A program made the translations under genes and the position numbers. From contig CAWDSQ010000020.1 in NCBI GenBank assembly GCA_963804955.1, positions 64,001-128,000 of the forward strand: DNA of 64,000 nt, in the 5' to 3' direction. Positions 44,038-54,983 of this stretch are shown here, one piece after another; the first letter of the stretch is position 1; every line of letters begins with the position of its first letter. Below the pieces are notes generated by a model. It did not search any database. It was not told where the DNA came from and saw nothing but the letters and a program-made list of their open reading frames with translations. This stretch comes from an uncultured delta proteobacterium (GTDB taxonomy: Bacteria; Desulfobacterota; WTBG01; CAIYCZ01; CAIRTM01).

Positions 44038-44329
44038 TTTGAGATCCGTGAAGTTACCGTATAGGTGAGTGATGATACAGCTTCTGATTATCCGTATATT
44101 CCGGTATGAATACAACTTCAAAGTGACCTTGCGTGGCAAGGCGCATTATTGAACAGAAGCAACAAGAGGATGACATAAATTTACTGATCCTTTATGTGTT
44201 GTTTCTTGTATTTTAATAAACATACACTGCCTTTATTGTTGACTCCCCTGACCAGCAGTCATAGAATCCCCCTGAGTTTTTAAGCACGGCAAGGGCTGTT
44301 GTAATTTTTTATTCACCATATAGGGAGAT

Positions 44330-45160
44330 ATGCCAATGCCACAGAGCGCCGATACAAAGATCATGGCCGTTTTCTGCGACTTTGAAAATGTTGCCCTGGG
44401 CGTCCGTGACTCGCAGTATGACCAGTTCAATATTTCACGGGTGCTGGAGCGGCTCCTGCTGAAAGGAAATATCGTTGTCAAGAAGGCCTACTGCGACTGG
44501 GCCCGCTACCAGGATTTCAAGGCCGCCATGCACGAGGCGTCTTTTGAGCTGATCGAGATACCGCATGTGCGGCAGTCCGGCAAAAACTCCGCCGACATAC
44601 GCATGGTCGTCGACGCCCTTGACCTGTGCTATACCAAGGCGCATGTTGATACCTTCGTGATCATCAGCGGCGACTCCGACTTCTCCCCCCTGGTGAGCAA
44701 ACTGCGCGAGAACAACAAGACCGTCATCGGCGTAGGCGTCAAGAACTCGACATCCGACCTGCTGATTGCCAATTGCGATGAGTTCATTTATTACGACGAC
44801 CTTGCCCGGCGCAAAAAGCCCGTCGCCAAAGGCCCCGGCTGCACAAGGCCGGGCAAAAGCCGGCGCGGGCTGCAAAAAGCAAGGCAGCCGCGCAGCTCTG
44901 ACGACAAGAAGCAGGAGGCCTGGGACATGATCGTCGAGACCTATGAGGCGCTTCTGGAGGAGCGCGGGGCGGAGGACAAGATATGGGGCTCCATGATCAA
45001 GCAGGCCCTCAAGCGGCGCAAGCCCGGCTTCAGCGAATCCTATTACGGCTTTAAATCCTTCGGCGAACTGCTGGAGCAGGCCGAAGCAAAAGGCATTCTC
45101 GAGCTTGAGCGCGACCAGAAATCGGGCGGTTTCATAATCAAGGGTTCCCACACACCCTGA
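44330..45160 (+). CDS. NYN domain protein with C-terminal OST-HTH/LOTUS domain (LabA/DUF88 type)
   Basis: FCDFEN, GKNSADIRMVVDA, SGDSDFSPL, FSESYYGFKSFGELL. Confidence 0.9.
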   Translation: MPMPQSADTKIMAVFCDFENVALGVRDSQYDQFNISRVLERLLLKGNIVVKKAYCDWARYQDFKAAMHEASFELIEIPHVRQSGKNSADIRMVVDALDLCYTKAHVDTFVIISGDSDFSPLVSKLRENNKTVIGVGVKNSTSDLLIANCDEFIYYDDLARRKKPVAKGPGCTRPGKSRRGLQKARQPRSSDDKKQEAWDMIVETYEALLEERGAEDKIWGSMIKQALKRRKPGFSESYYGFKSFGELLEQAEAKGILELERDQKSGGFIIKGSHTP

Positions 45161-45228
45161 TCCCTTATGAGCCGTTCTATGCTGTCGCAGGCGGCAGTAC
45201 AATAACTTACTGAGAGATAGAGGTAACC

Positions 45229-45867
45229 ATGTGTTTAAAAATACTGGCATTTATGGGAAGCCCGCGCACGAAGGGCCTGTGTTCGCAGTTTGCCGCAAGC
45301 GCATTGCAGGGAGCAGCAAGCCGCGGCGCAGAGGTACAGCAGATTAACCTTGTGTCCTGCACCATCAAGCACTGCACCGGGTGCCACAGCTGCGTGTATA
45401 ATAACCATGAGCTGCCCATCGGCATCTGCCCCCTCAAGGACGATATGGCCGGCATCCTTGAGCAGTATCTGGCTGCAGACGGCTTTGTCATGGCATGCCC
45501 GGTGTATGATTTCACCGTGACTTCCATCATGAAAGCCTTTATCGAGCGGCGTTTCCCCATGTATAAAAAACAGAAAGGCCTGCATGGCAAAATACCTGAG
45601 GTTCGGGTCCCGCAGGGTTTCAAAAAAAAGGCTGTTCTTATAGCAACCGGCGATGCTTCTGATGAATATTCAGCCATTGCCGAGCCGTGCTTTGACGTTA
45701 TGTCCGGACACTTCATGGTCGAGGAGATAGACGTGGTGAGCCAGCTCTATGTGGGCTATATCCATAATGTGGATGAGCAGCGGTATAAAGAAAAGATGCA
45801 GGAGACATTCACTATGGGTGTGCGTATGGTGGAGGAGATTGAAAAAGCGCGCATGCAGAAGCCGTAA
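45229..45867 (+). CDS. Flavodoxin family/iron-sulfur flavoprotein
   Basis: GSPRTKG, CTGCHSC...CPLKDD, MKAFIER. Confidence 0.85.
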   Translation: MCLKILAFMGSPRTKGLCSQFAASALQGAASRGAEVQQINLVSCTIKHCTGCHSCVYNNHELPIGICPLKDDMAGILEQYLAADGFVMACPVYDFTVTSIMKAFIERRFPMYKKQKGLHGKIPEVRVPQGFKKKAVLIATGDASDEYSAIAEPCFDVMSGHFMVEEIDVVSQLYVGYIHNVDEQRYKEKMQETFTMGVRMVEEIEKARMQKP

Positions 45868-45910
45868 CTGCGCGAAGGAACAAACGGGGCAGGTGCCTGC
45901 ACGTTACAAC

Positions 45911-45950
45911 ATAAAAAAAGCCGCCTGTATGCAAGGCGGCTTTTTTTATG
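45911..45950. terminator. Bidirectional terminator
   Basis: AAAAAAAGCCGCCT...AGGCGGCTTTTTTT. Confidence 0.8.
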
Positions 45951-45975
45951 CAGGACTGAGCCTGAGTAAGCTGTT

Positions 45976-46068
45976 TGGCGGAAGAGGAGGGATTCGAACC
46001 CTCGGTCCCGTTTAACACGGGACAACGGTTTTCGAGACCGCCGCCTTCAACCGCTCGGCCACCCTTCC
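45976..46068 (-). tRNA. tRNA-Ser(CGA)
   Basis: GGAAGGGTGGCCGAGCGG...CTCGAAA anticodon loop, long variable arm, GGTTCGAATCC, CCA end. Confidence 0.95.
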
Positions 46069-46098
46069 GCTGATTTTTTTTTATTTGACTGTGGTCTT

Positions 46099-46980
46099 TC
46101 AGAGACCGCGCATGAATTCCTTGCGCAAGTGCTTATCGCTTCGGGAAGATAGCACAAAATCGAGTTGTTGCAAAATGGTTTCTTTGTCTTTGGGCAGCCG
46201 GGCCTGCACGGGAAAGTAGTTTGATGCGTGGTTTGAGAAAAACAGGCAATTCTCAAGCTCCGACTCAGCAATCATATCGCGCAGCTCACGCACAAGCTCA
46301 AACTTGTCGGGCAGCACAAAATCGCCTTTTTTCATCTCATCATACAGCGGCGTGCCCGGCACGACCATGAGGGTAAGGGCCCCTATATGATTGGGTTTCA
46401 TGCGGTTGAGAACACGCATGGTTTCAACGGCATGGACGCTGCCGCGCTCTGTTCCGCCTATTCCCAGCAGCACGGTCACATTGAGCTTTATGCCTGCCTG
46501 CCGGATTTTTAAAGCAGCCTCGACCATTTGATCGACGGCGGCGCCTTTATGAATGCGCACAAGCGTTACCGGGTCGCCGGATTCAAGGCCCAGATAGACG
46601 ATGCCGAGCCTGCGTTTTTTCAGCTCGGCAAGATCATCGTTTGATTTTCTCAAAACGCTTTTTGCATTGCCGTATATCCCGATGCGCTGGAGCCGGGGGA
46701 AGGCACAGTTAAGGGCATCAAGGATATCGATCAATTTTTCCTGAGGTATGATGAGGGGATCTCCATCGCACAGGAATACACGGCGCACGGTTTGTGCGCC
46801 ATAAGTCTTGAGTGCCTGCTGTATATCGCGCTTGATATCTTCAAGCGGTTTTATGCGGAATTTTTTGTCTTTGAAGGCGGGGCAAAACGTGCACCTGTTA
46901 TGCGAGCAGCCGACGGTTACCTGCAGGATCAGGCTGTCTGCTTCGCTGGGGGGGCGGATAATCCGGCCTTCGTAATTCAT
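46099..46980 (-). CDS. Radical SAM protein
   Basis: IRPPSEADSLILQVTVGCSHNRCTFC, YLGLESG. Confidence 0.88.
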   Translation of the reverse strand: MNYEGRIIRPPSEADSLILQVTVGCSHNRCTFCPAFKDKKFRIKPLEDIKRDIQQALKTYGAQTVRRVFLCDGDPLIIPQEKLIDILDALNCAFPRLQRIGIYGNAKSVLRKSNDDLAELKKRRLGIVYLGLESGDPVTLVRIHKGAAVDQMVEAALKIRQAGIKLNVTVLLGIGGTERGSVHAVETMRVLNRMKPNHIGALTLMVVPGTPLYDEMKKGDFVLPDKFELVRELRDMIAESELENCLFFSNHASNYFPVQARLPKDKETILQQLDFVLSSRSDKHLRKEFMRGL

Positions 46981-48302
46981 GGCTTGCGGAGCTGCGCATG
47001 CAGCCATGCTGCGAGATCTGTTTGCAGGAGTGTCTCCTGCGTGCCGGCTGTCATATTTTTAACTGTTATTTTGCCTGCACGGTCTTCATCCGGGCCCAGT
47101 ATCGCGACAAAAGGTATGGCCTTGTGCGATGCATAGGTGAGCTGTTTTTTCAGCTTATCTGGGCTGAAATACACCTCCGTATTTATGCCGGCATCGCGCA
47201 GCATGCGTGCTATCTGGAGATTGCGGGGCATGAGCTCCCGGTCAAACTGGGTTATAAGCACCTGCGTGAGCAGGTTGCTTTGCCTCTGCCGAGCCGAGCT
47301 CCTCCATGATGGTGATCAGGCGCTCAAGACCGAAGGAGGTGCCCGTAGCAGGGAAGGTTTCTTTTGAAAAAAGGCCGATAAGGTTGTCATAGCGGCCGCC
47401 GCCGGTGATGCTGCCTATTTTCGGCTCGGTAACGATGGTTTCAAAAATAGGGCCGGTATAATAATCAAGGCCCCGGGCAAGGGTAAAGTCAAACCGGTAG
47501 CAGGCAGGGTCAACATCATGGCCCTTGAGCGTTTCATGAATAATGCGCAGCTCAGCTAAACCTTCCTGCCCGAGTGCATGCCCCTGCACAAGCCCGTCAA
47601 GCAGAGCAGGCATGTCTCATGGTCAGCCGCATCGCCTTCTGAAGTCAGGGACGCGAGGCTTGAGCGGAGCCGGTCGCTTAAAAGTCCCTTTTCCGTGAGT
47701 TCCGCAAAAACCCCCTCAAGCCCCGTTTTATCAAGCTTGTCCAGAGAGCGGAGAAAGTCCGGGAGCTTGTCTTCAGGTATGCCGTTGTTGACGGCAAAGG
47801 CATTGAGGATTTTGCGGTTGTTGATGCGGATAATGAAATTTTTGAATCCGAGCTCTTTGAGTACCGTATAGGTAATGACCAGCAGCTCGCCGTCGGCATA
47901 CATGCTCGTGGTGCCGATAATGTCTATGTCGCACTGATAGAATTCGCGGAAGCGGCCTTTCTGGGGCTTGTCAGCGCGCCAGACAGGCGCTATGTGATAG
48001 CGCTTGAAGGGCTTGATAATTTCCGGGTGCATGGCAACAACCCGGGAAAGCGGTATCGTCAGATCATAGCGCAGGGCGACCATGCGCTCGCCGCGGTCCT
48101 GAAATTTATAAATGAGGCGGTCGCCTTCCTCGCCGTACTTTCCGAGCAGCGTTTCTGCGTATTCAAGGCAGGGCGTGTCAAGGGGCTCAAATCCGAAGCG
48201 CTCGAAAACATCGGTCATTTTCGCCATGAGCCGCTTGCGCAGGCGCATGCGCTCCGGAAGAAAATCTCTAAAGCCTTTTGGTATCTGGGGTTCCATAGAC
48301 AT
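46977..48302 (-). CDS. hisS: Histidine--tRNA ligase (frameshifted)
   Basis: PKGFRDFLP, LRYDLT, GRFREFYQCDIDIIG, LARGLDYYTG, GGGRYD. Confidence 0.95.
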
Positions 48303-48329
48303 GTACCGGTAAAATATGCTGAGTTTGGG

Positions 48330-49921
48330 TCACGAGGGAGAACCGCCTGCTTTTTTGGCGGCATATGATTTAAAATAGGCAATGCCTGTCCGGATTACGG
48401 AGCTGCAAAAGCTGTTTTCAGAGGGTTTCATATCCAGAGATTCAAGGCCAAGGGCCTGGGCAAATGCGATTTTTGCATGGTCCGTGTCACCCTTTACATG
48501 AAAAATATAGGCAAGCTCTTCAAGCCGCCTGCGGAATTTTTTCAGGCGCTCCTGCGTAAAAAAATCATCAGCCGTTTTTTTAATCAGTTCCGTTTCGCTG
48601 GCCTCATCGTTCACAGCAGCATCAGGCGCAGTGTCTTCACCGGCCTGCCTGAACCGCTGCCACATGCTGCGGGCGCTGTCGGTAACAATAAACCAGAACG
48701 GTATTTCGGTTTGTTTCAAGAAGTTTTTCAGACTCTTGAAGCAGCGCGGTATCCGCCTGTATATCAGCCGGGCTGTACACCTGGTAGATGGGCGGCAGTG
48801 AGTCCGCCGGCAATATATCGCTGAACAGTGTTCTCCATTGCACCATATTGGGCGACACGCTGCCGGCTTGCCGCTCGGTGAGGGCCGCCGCCTCCTGCAC
48901 GAGATACGCGGCTTTGTCGGCTGGTATTTCGGTGAATTCAATTTTTTTGTCGGAAAAAAGATTTTTTATCAGCTTCTGCGCTTCGCGGCGCAGCGATGTA
49001 ATAGCCTCTATATCGGCTATGCCTGTTTCCTGGCTGAGCATGATATTGAAAATTTTTATCTCGTGCTGCGATATGGGCTTGAGCATGAAAATCAGCCTGA
49101 AGCCCTCGGCATCAATCATTGTGGCAAAGGCCCGGGGCTCCGGCAGATCGGCTGTTTTAAAAATGGCTTCCTGGGGCTTCTTTTTTTCAGCAGCAGTCAC
49201 ATCGATGCCCTGCTGCTTTAAAATATGAGCTATTTTTTTTGCGGTTTTCAGAATTTCCTTATTGCCGGTTTTTTCATACAGCTCCGCAAGCAGGGCATAT
49301 GACTGCAGCGTCGGCTCTGACGCTGCAAGCCTGAGCATGGCATGGCCGACAGCCTTATCGATATCAAACAGGCGCGCAAGAAAAATGGCGAATGCAGGGC
49401 CTGCTTCTTCGATGAGCTCCACCATAATGCCCTCCTGCTCTCTGGCGGGGCGGGAAATGAAAAGCTCTATAAGTGACTGCTTCAATATTTCCTGACTGAA
49501 CGCTGTGATTTATTTTTTGCGAAAGCGCGTCCAGATCAAGCAGCCTGCTGGAGATGCCCGATTCGAGAATAATGTCGCTTTTATTGAAAATATCCAGGAT
49601 GATGCGCCCCATGCGCGCGGTTATGACCTCGCGGCCGAGGATATCCTGAAGAAAGCCGATATGCTCAACTCCCTTGAAATGTTTTAAAATCTGGAGGAGA
49701 ATTTCCTTCTCTTTGTAGCCGGCGCGGAGGATTCTTCGCGTTATAACGGGAGCACAGTACTCGTCAGCAGCCTTAAGCGCTTCTGCTGTTTTTTGGTAAA
49801 AGGAGTCAAACTGCTGCTCTTTCAGCGCCTCTGCAACGGCGGTGTCGAGCATGCTTGAGATTATGCTTTTAGTATCCTCAGTGCCGGTTTCATTCCGCTG
49901 AGCGTCTTTGGGTGATGACAT
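48330..49921 (-). CDS. Conserved hypothetical helical protein (three ORFs, probably one frameshifted gene)
   Basis: Overlapping ORFs 49364-49921, 48637-49485 and 48330-48941 upstream of hisS. Confidence 0.55.
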
Positions 49922-50070
49922 TCTCTCTACATACCTTTCTTCAGCATAAGCGGTTAAATTAATCGATTATAAGGAAAGACCATCCAGATGTCAAAATCAT
50001 TTTGGCGAAAGGGCGCATCAGCTGCAATATGCTGAAATTCATTATTTTTTTAGCCTCAGCAAATTTGCAC

Positions 50071-50099
50071 TTGACGTCTCATGAAAGTTATTTTATTCT
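50071..50099 (+). promoter_or_regulatory. Sigma70 promoter for the tRNA pair
   Basis: TTGACG-17 nt-TATTCT. Confidence 0.6.
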
Positions 50100-50132
50100 A
50101 TTTTAATACTCCGGCACATGTAAAAGCCCTGC

Positions 50133-50206
50133 TGGGGGATCGTACAACGGCAGTACGCCAGACTCTGAATCTGGTTATCAAGGTTCGAATCCTTGTCCCC
50201 CAGCCA
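50133..50206 (+). tRNA. tRNA-Gln(CTG)
   Basis: TGGGGGA acceptor stem, CCAGA-CTCTGAA-TCTGG anticodon arm, TTCGAAT, CCA. Confidence 0.95.
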
Positions 50207-50215
50207 TACCATACA

Positions 50216-50291
50216 GGTCCCATCGTCTAGCGGCCTAGGACGTCGGCCTCTCACGCCGAAAACACGGGTTCGATTCCCGTTGGGACCACCA
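50216..50291 (+). tRNA. tRNA-Glu(CTC)
   Basis: GGTCCCA acceptor stem, TCGGC-CTCTCAC-GCCGA anticodon arm, TTCGATT, CCA. Confidence 0.95.
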
Positions 50292-50293
50292 GT

Positions 50294-50338
50294 AAACGGG
50301 CACTTGGGCTTTTAAGCCAAGTGCCCGTTTGCTTTTTG
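50294..50338 (+). terminator. Terminator after the tRNAs
   Basis: AAACGGGCACTTGG...CCAAGTGCCCGTTT. Confidence 0.8.
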
Positions 50339-50528
50339 AGCGGAAGCATAGATCACCATAAGAGCATGTATCTTTATTTTGCCGGCATTGAACCGTTTAA
50401 CCCTTCGACATGCTCAGGGCGAACGGATAATGGTCATTTTAAAATGTTTATACAGGCTCTGATGGTTAGTTAAATGCTCTAAACTTAATTGGCTTTGAAT
50501 CAGGAATATCTTATGAATAATACACAGC

Positions 50529-52003
50529 ATGCCATCAGCCCTCGACGGTCTGCATCCGGAGCTGCTGTGGCGTTATTTTGCGGCGATTGCCGGCATTCCC
50601 CATGGGTCGGGCAATGAAGCGGCGCTGGCAGACTATGTGTGCAGCCTTGCAGGTCAGGCGGGATATGTCTGCAGGCGGGACAGCGCCGGCAATGTCTGCC
50701 TGTATGTACCCCCGGCTACCGGCTGCGAAAATGCTCCTGTTGTTGTGCTGCAGGGGCATCTTGATATGGTCTGTGAAAAAAACGAAAATATTGACTTCGA
50801 CTTCCTGCGCTCCGGCATACAGCTTGTTCGGGATACCGGGTGGATCAGGGCAAAAGGCACAACACTCGGGGCTGATAATGGCATTGGCATGGCTGCTGCT
50901 CTGGCAGCGGCTTTTTCACCCGTCATTGTGCACGGGCCCCTGGAAATTCTTTTGACTGCTGATGAAGAGCGCGGCTTGAAGGGCGCCATGGATTTTGATC
51001 CTTCATGGCTCAGCGGCAGAATTTTACTGAACCTCGACTCAGAAAAAACAGGCGCCGTATGCATAGGCTGTGCGGGCGGGGGAAGAGTTAGCTGTGCGGC
51101 TGCCGATTTCCTTTGAGCCGGTTCCTGCTCGGCATGCAGCTGTTGCGGTTGCGGATTTCCGGTCTGCGGGGCGGACATTCCGGCCTTAATATTCATGAAA
51201 ACAGGGGCAATGCCGTAAAGCTGCTCGCCTGCCTGCTCAATACAGTAAGGACTATGGATATATCTCTGTGCGCCATGGCAGGCGGTGATAAGCATAATGC
51301 GATACCGCGGGAAGCAGCGGCAGTTCTGTGCCTGCCAAAAGAACAGATTGAGGAAGTTCGTTCACGACTGAATGCTGCATACGGCGTTCTTGCACGCGGC
51401 TGCCCGCAGGAACCCGCCATGATGATGAGCTTTGATGAAATTGAACCTCAGCATCAGGCTGTTTCCTGCAGCCATTTCTCCCGCATACTTGATCTGCTCA
51501 ACGGGCTCCCGAACGGCGTTCTTGCCATGAGCATGGATATTCCCGGACTTGTTGAAACCTCCTGCAATCTTGCCTCTGCAGCCCTTCATGGTTCATCGCT
51601 TGACATTGATCTCATGCCGAGATCTTCTCATATACCCGGACTGGACAGGGTGACTGACCAGATACAGGCTATTGCCGGGCTGGCAGGAGGCATCTGCTGC
51701 CGGGAAACGCCCTATCCCGGCTGGGAACCCCGCCTGAACTCGCCGGTGCTGCACTGTGTCGAAACGGTTCATGAAAAACTTTTCGGCTCGAAGCCTCTGC
51801 TGGAGGCAACCCATGCCGGCCTTGAGTGCGGCATTATCGGGCAAAAATGCAGCGGCATGGATATGCTGTCATTTGGCCCTGACATAGCAGACTGCCATTC
51901 GCCTGCGGAAAAAGTTCTCATTTCCAGTGTTGAAAAGTTCTGGCTGCTGCTGTGCGGGGTGCTGGAACATATTGCCAAAAAGGGCATTACAGCATATACT
52001 TAA
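50529..52003 (+). CDS. pepD: Aminoacyl-histidine dipeptidase, M20 family (frameshift near 51110)
   Basis: LQGHLDMVCEK, TTLGADNGIG, DEERG, GGHSG, HAGLECG. Confidence 0.9.
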
Positions 52004-52043
52004 TAGCTAGTAGGGAAGCTGTAACTTTTTTATAAGGCAGCGC

Positions 52044-52508
52044 ATGTCAGTAAGTCTGTTTTTCGAACTTTTTTATGATGAATCAAGGCAGCTGCTTGCC
52101 GAGATCGGCGCCCTTGCAGCCGGGCTGCGTCTGGTTGACATACCAAATGAAAAGGAAGCTGCTGAGTTCGATCAATGCGTTCAGAAGTTTCACCGTCTCA
52201 TAGGCGGTATGGCATCGATCGGTTTCGACATGTACGCCCCTGTTTCTCATAAAACGTCTATCATGGCCCAGCGATGTACGGACTGTACCGGATACTCAAT
52301 TAAAAATATCGTGAGCGCAATTTTTATTATTGTTACGGATCTGAGCATGTATTTTCTCACCATCGACAAGGTCAAAGATGTTGAGGCTCTTGTTCCTGCA
52401 ATCGAAAAAAGAATTGATGCCTGCATGGCTGATTTTCATGTCAGCAAAGTGACAATAAATTCTCAGAGTGAAATAGATGATATCATGAAAATGTTTGGTG
52501 CTGTCTAG
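52044..52508 (+). CDS. Hpt (histidine phosphotransfer)-like protein
   Basis: FYDESRQLL, KFHRLIGGMASIGF. Confidence 0.6.
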   Translation: MSVSLFFELFYDESRQLLAEIGALAAGLRLVDIPNEKEAAEFDQCVQKFHRLIGGMASIGFDMYAPVSHKTSIMAQRCTDCTGYSIKNIVSAIFIIVTDLSMYFLTIDKVKDVEALVPAIEKRIDACMADFHVSKVTINSQSEIDDIMKMFGAV

Positions 52509-52676
52509 CCGTACATTTCACCAGACTGTTTGCCCCTTCCCGACAAACCATAACCCCGCCGCGAGTGCATCTTTTGAAAATTCTTTACCTGCGCCGCATC
52601 TTGAACATGTTTGACATGCAGAGCATGATCTGCTATGTCGTTTTGACTTACTACCAAACTTTCAGAGGATGATCCC

Positions 52677-53960
52677 ATGATTCGAGCAAATGAGCATTAT
52701 GCTAAATTGAAAGCTTCATATCTGTTTTCTGATATTGCCAGAAGGGTAGCCGGGTTTTCGAAAGATAATCCACACCGTGAAATTATTCGCCTCGGCATAG
52801 GTGATGTGACCAGGGCGCTGCCGTCGGTCTGTATTGAGGCCTTTCACCGTGCTGTAGACGAAATGGGATCGGATGCCACTTTCCGCGGCTATGGCCCTGA
52901 GCAGGGATATGATTTTTTACGGCAGAAGATTGCGCAGGTCGACTTTCAGGCGCGCGGCATTAATATAGAAGCTGATGAAATATTTATAAGCGACGGCGCT
53001 AAATGCGACACGGGAAATATTCAGGAGCTGTTTGCCGGCGATATAACAATTGCCATACCTGACCCGGTCTATCCGGTGTATGTTGATACCAATGTTATGG
53101 CGGGGCGCACCGGCGAGAACAGGGAAGGCCGTTATGGAGGGCTTGTCTATCTCGAGTCTACTGCAGCCAACGGGTTTGTTCCCGCTCTTCCTGACAACCC
53201 TGTCGATCTTATCTATCTGTGCTTTCCGAACAATCCGACCGGAGCCACGGCAACCCGGGAGCAATTGAAACTGTGGGTCGACTTTGCCTGCAAGCACAAA
53301 GCCCTGATTTTATTTGATGCAGCCTATGAGTGCTTCATCAGGGATGCATCACTGCCCCATAGTATTTTTGAAATAGAAGGGGCGGAGGATGTTGCCATCG
53401 AGTTCAGAAGCCTTTCCAAAAGCGCCGGGTTTACCGGAACGCGGTGCGCATTTACGGTCATACCTAAAAAATGCCGCGTTTTTGATACGCAGGGTTCTCC
53501 TGTTGCACTGCACCCTCTGTGGCTGAGGCGCCAGACCACCAAGTTTAACGGTGTTTCATATCCTGTGCAGCGGGCTGCTGAAGCCGTGTATACCCCGGAA
53601 GGCCAGAGCCAGTGCGCTGAGCTTACTGATTATTATCTTAAAAATGCCGCTCTGATTGTCGACCGGATGACGGCGCTTGGTTTTACCTGCACGGGCGGCA
53701 GGAATGCCCCGTATATCTGGATTAAGAGCACAATGGATTCATGGGCGCTGTTTGATCTCTTGCTTGAAAAGGCAGGGGTTGTCTGTACGCCGGGCTCCGG
53801 TTTCGGGAAATGCGGCGAGAGCTATATTCGCCTCAGCGCTTTTAATTCATATGAAAATGTTGAGAAAGCGCTGGAGCGTATCGGCACAGGCCCTGAGCTG
53901 ACATGCACTGAAACGTTAAAGCCCGCTGCTGGTACTTCCGGCAGCGGGCTTTTTTTATGA
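52677..53960 (+). CDS. dapL: LL-diaminopimelate aminotransferase (true stop probably near 53901)
   Basis: [37 protein letters not shown]. Confidence 0.95.
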   Translation: MIRANEHYAKLKASYLFSDIARRVAGFSKDNPHREIIRLGIGDVTRALPSVCIEAFHRAVDEMGSDATFRGYGPEQGYDFLRQKIAQVDFQARGINIEADEIFISDGAKCDTGNIQELFAGDITIAIPDPVYPVYVDTNVMAGRTGENREGRYGGLVYLESTAANGFVPALPDNPVDLIYLCFPNNPTGATATREQLKLWVDFACKHKALILFDAAYECFIRDASLPHSIFEIEGAEDVAIEFRSLSKSAGFTGTRCAFTVIPKKCRVFDTQGSPVALHPLWLRRQTTKFNGVSYPVQRAAEAVYTPEGQSQCAELTDYYLKNAALIVDRMTALGFTCTGGRNAPYIWIKSTMDSWALFDLLLEKAGVVCTPGSGFGKCGESYIRLSAFNSYENVEKALERIGTGPELTCTETLKPAAGTSGSGLFL

Positions 53961-54965
53961 AAAGACGCCATCACACCGGCAGTGGCACTGAGGGCAGTGT
54001 CCATTTTGAAGTCCGTAGTGGGTGATGCTGAATCCTGATCGCTTAATAACTGCCGCACCGCAGGAAGGGCAGCAGGTGTTTTCGCCTTCTATGCCCGGGA
54101 TATTGCCGGTGTACACATATCTGAGTCCCGCCTTTAAGCCGATATCGCGGGCCAGCACCAGCGTTCGAACGGGCGTGGGGGGCTTGTCCGTCATGAGGTG
54201 CGTGGGGTGAAATGCTGTTACATGCCAGGGTATATCGACGCCGACGCCGGCAATAAAAGAGGCAATCCAGGCAAGCATGCCGGGCGTGTCATTGAGGCCC
54301 GGTATGACAAGCGTTGTTATTTCAATCCATATGCCGAGCTTTTTATACAGCTGTATCGTATCGAGTACCGGCTGAAGTTTTGCGCCGCAAACCGTATGAT
54401 AGAAATTTTCCGTAGAGCCTTTCAAATCTATATTGGCGGCATGCAGGTATGGGCTTATGGCTGCAAGCGGCTCAGGATTTATATAGCCGTTTGAAACGAA
54501 GACATTTTTGACCCCTTTTTCAGCTGCGCATTTGGCAGTATCAAAAGCAAGTTCAAAATAAATTGTGGGCTCGGTATAGGTGCAGGCTATCGATGCGCAG
54601 CCTGATTCGATTGCTGCCGCTGCGATGTCCTCCGGGTTTCGCTGACGTCCGGCAATAGCAGCGCCGTGACCGGGCAGTTGTGAAATGTCGGCGTTCTGGC
54701 AATGTCTGCAGGTAAAATTGCACCCTGCTGTTGCTATCGAATAAGAACGTGACCCGGGCATAAAATGGTAGAGAGGCTTTTTTTCTATGGGATCGATATG
54801 CTCGGCAATAACTTTATCGTAGACAAGACTGTACAGCATCCCCCCCCGGTTTTGACGAACACCGCAGATGCCGGTGCTGTTTTCCGTGATCAGGCAGTTA
54901 TGCGGGCATAACCGGCAGCGGACTTTTGCATTCTCAATTTTTTCGTAAAAGCATGCTTCCTTCAC
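53955..54965 (-). CDS. amrS: AmmeMemoRadiSam system radical SAM enzyme
   Basis: [36 protein letters not shown]. Confidence 0.92.
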   Translation of the reverse strand: MKEACFYEKIENAKVRCRLCPHNCLITENSTGICGVRQNRGGMLYSLVYDKVIAEHIDPIEKKPLYHFMPGSRSYSIATAGCNFTCRHCQNADISQLPGHGAAIAGRQRNPEDIAAAAIESGCASIACTYTEPTIYFELAFDTAKCAAEKGVKNVFVSNGYINPEPLAAISPYLHAANIDLKGSTENFYHTVCGAKLQPVLDTIQLYKKLGIWIEITTLVIPGLNDTPGMLAWIASFIAGVGVDIPWHVTAFHPTHLMTDKPPTPVRTLVLARDIGLKAGLRYVYTGNIPGIEGENTCCPSCGAAVIKRSGFSITHYGLQNGHCPQCHCRCDGVFS

Positions 54966-54983
54966 CGCAGGTCACCCCCTGAG

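Noticed and set aside
44435..45250. 271-aa antisense ORF over the NYN gene, and similar shadow ORFs elsewhere
   Set aside because: Expected by-product of GC-rich codon usage on the opposite strand; no recognisable motifs
45976..46068. attL/attR of an integrated element at tRNA-Ser
   Set aside because: No duplicated tRNA 3' end or integrase seen in the window
46099..46980. Radical SAM protein as an anaerobic heme-opening enzyme (ChuW/HutW) supplying the FDBRs
   Set aside because: Short, lacks HemN-like features, coupled to hisS and more than 30 kb from the FDBR genes
46977..48302. hisS pseudogene or programmed frameshifting
   Set aside because: Essential gene with intact motifs; indels of the same kind occur throughout the window
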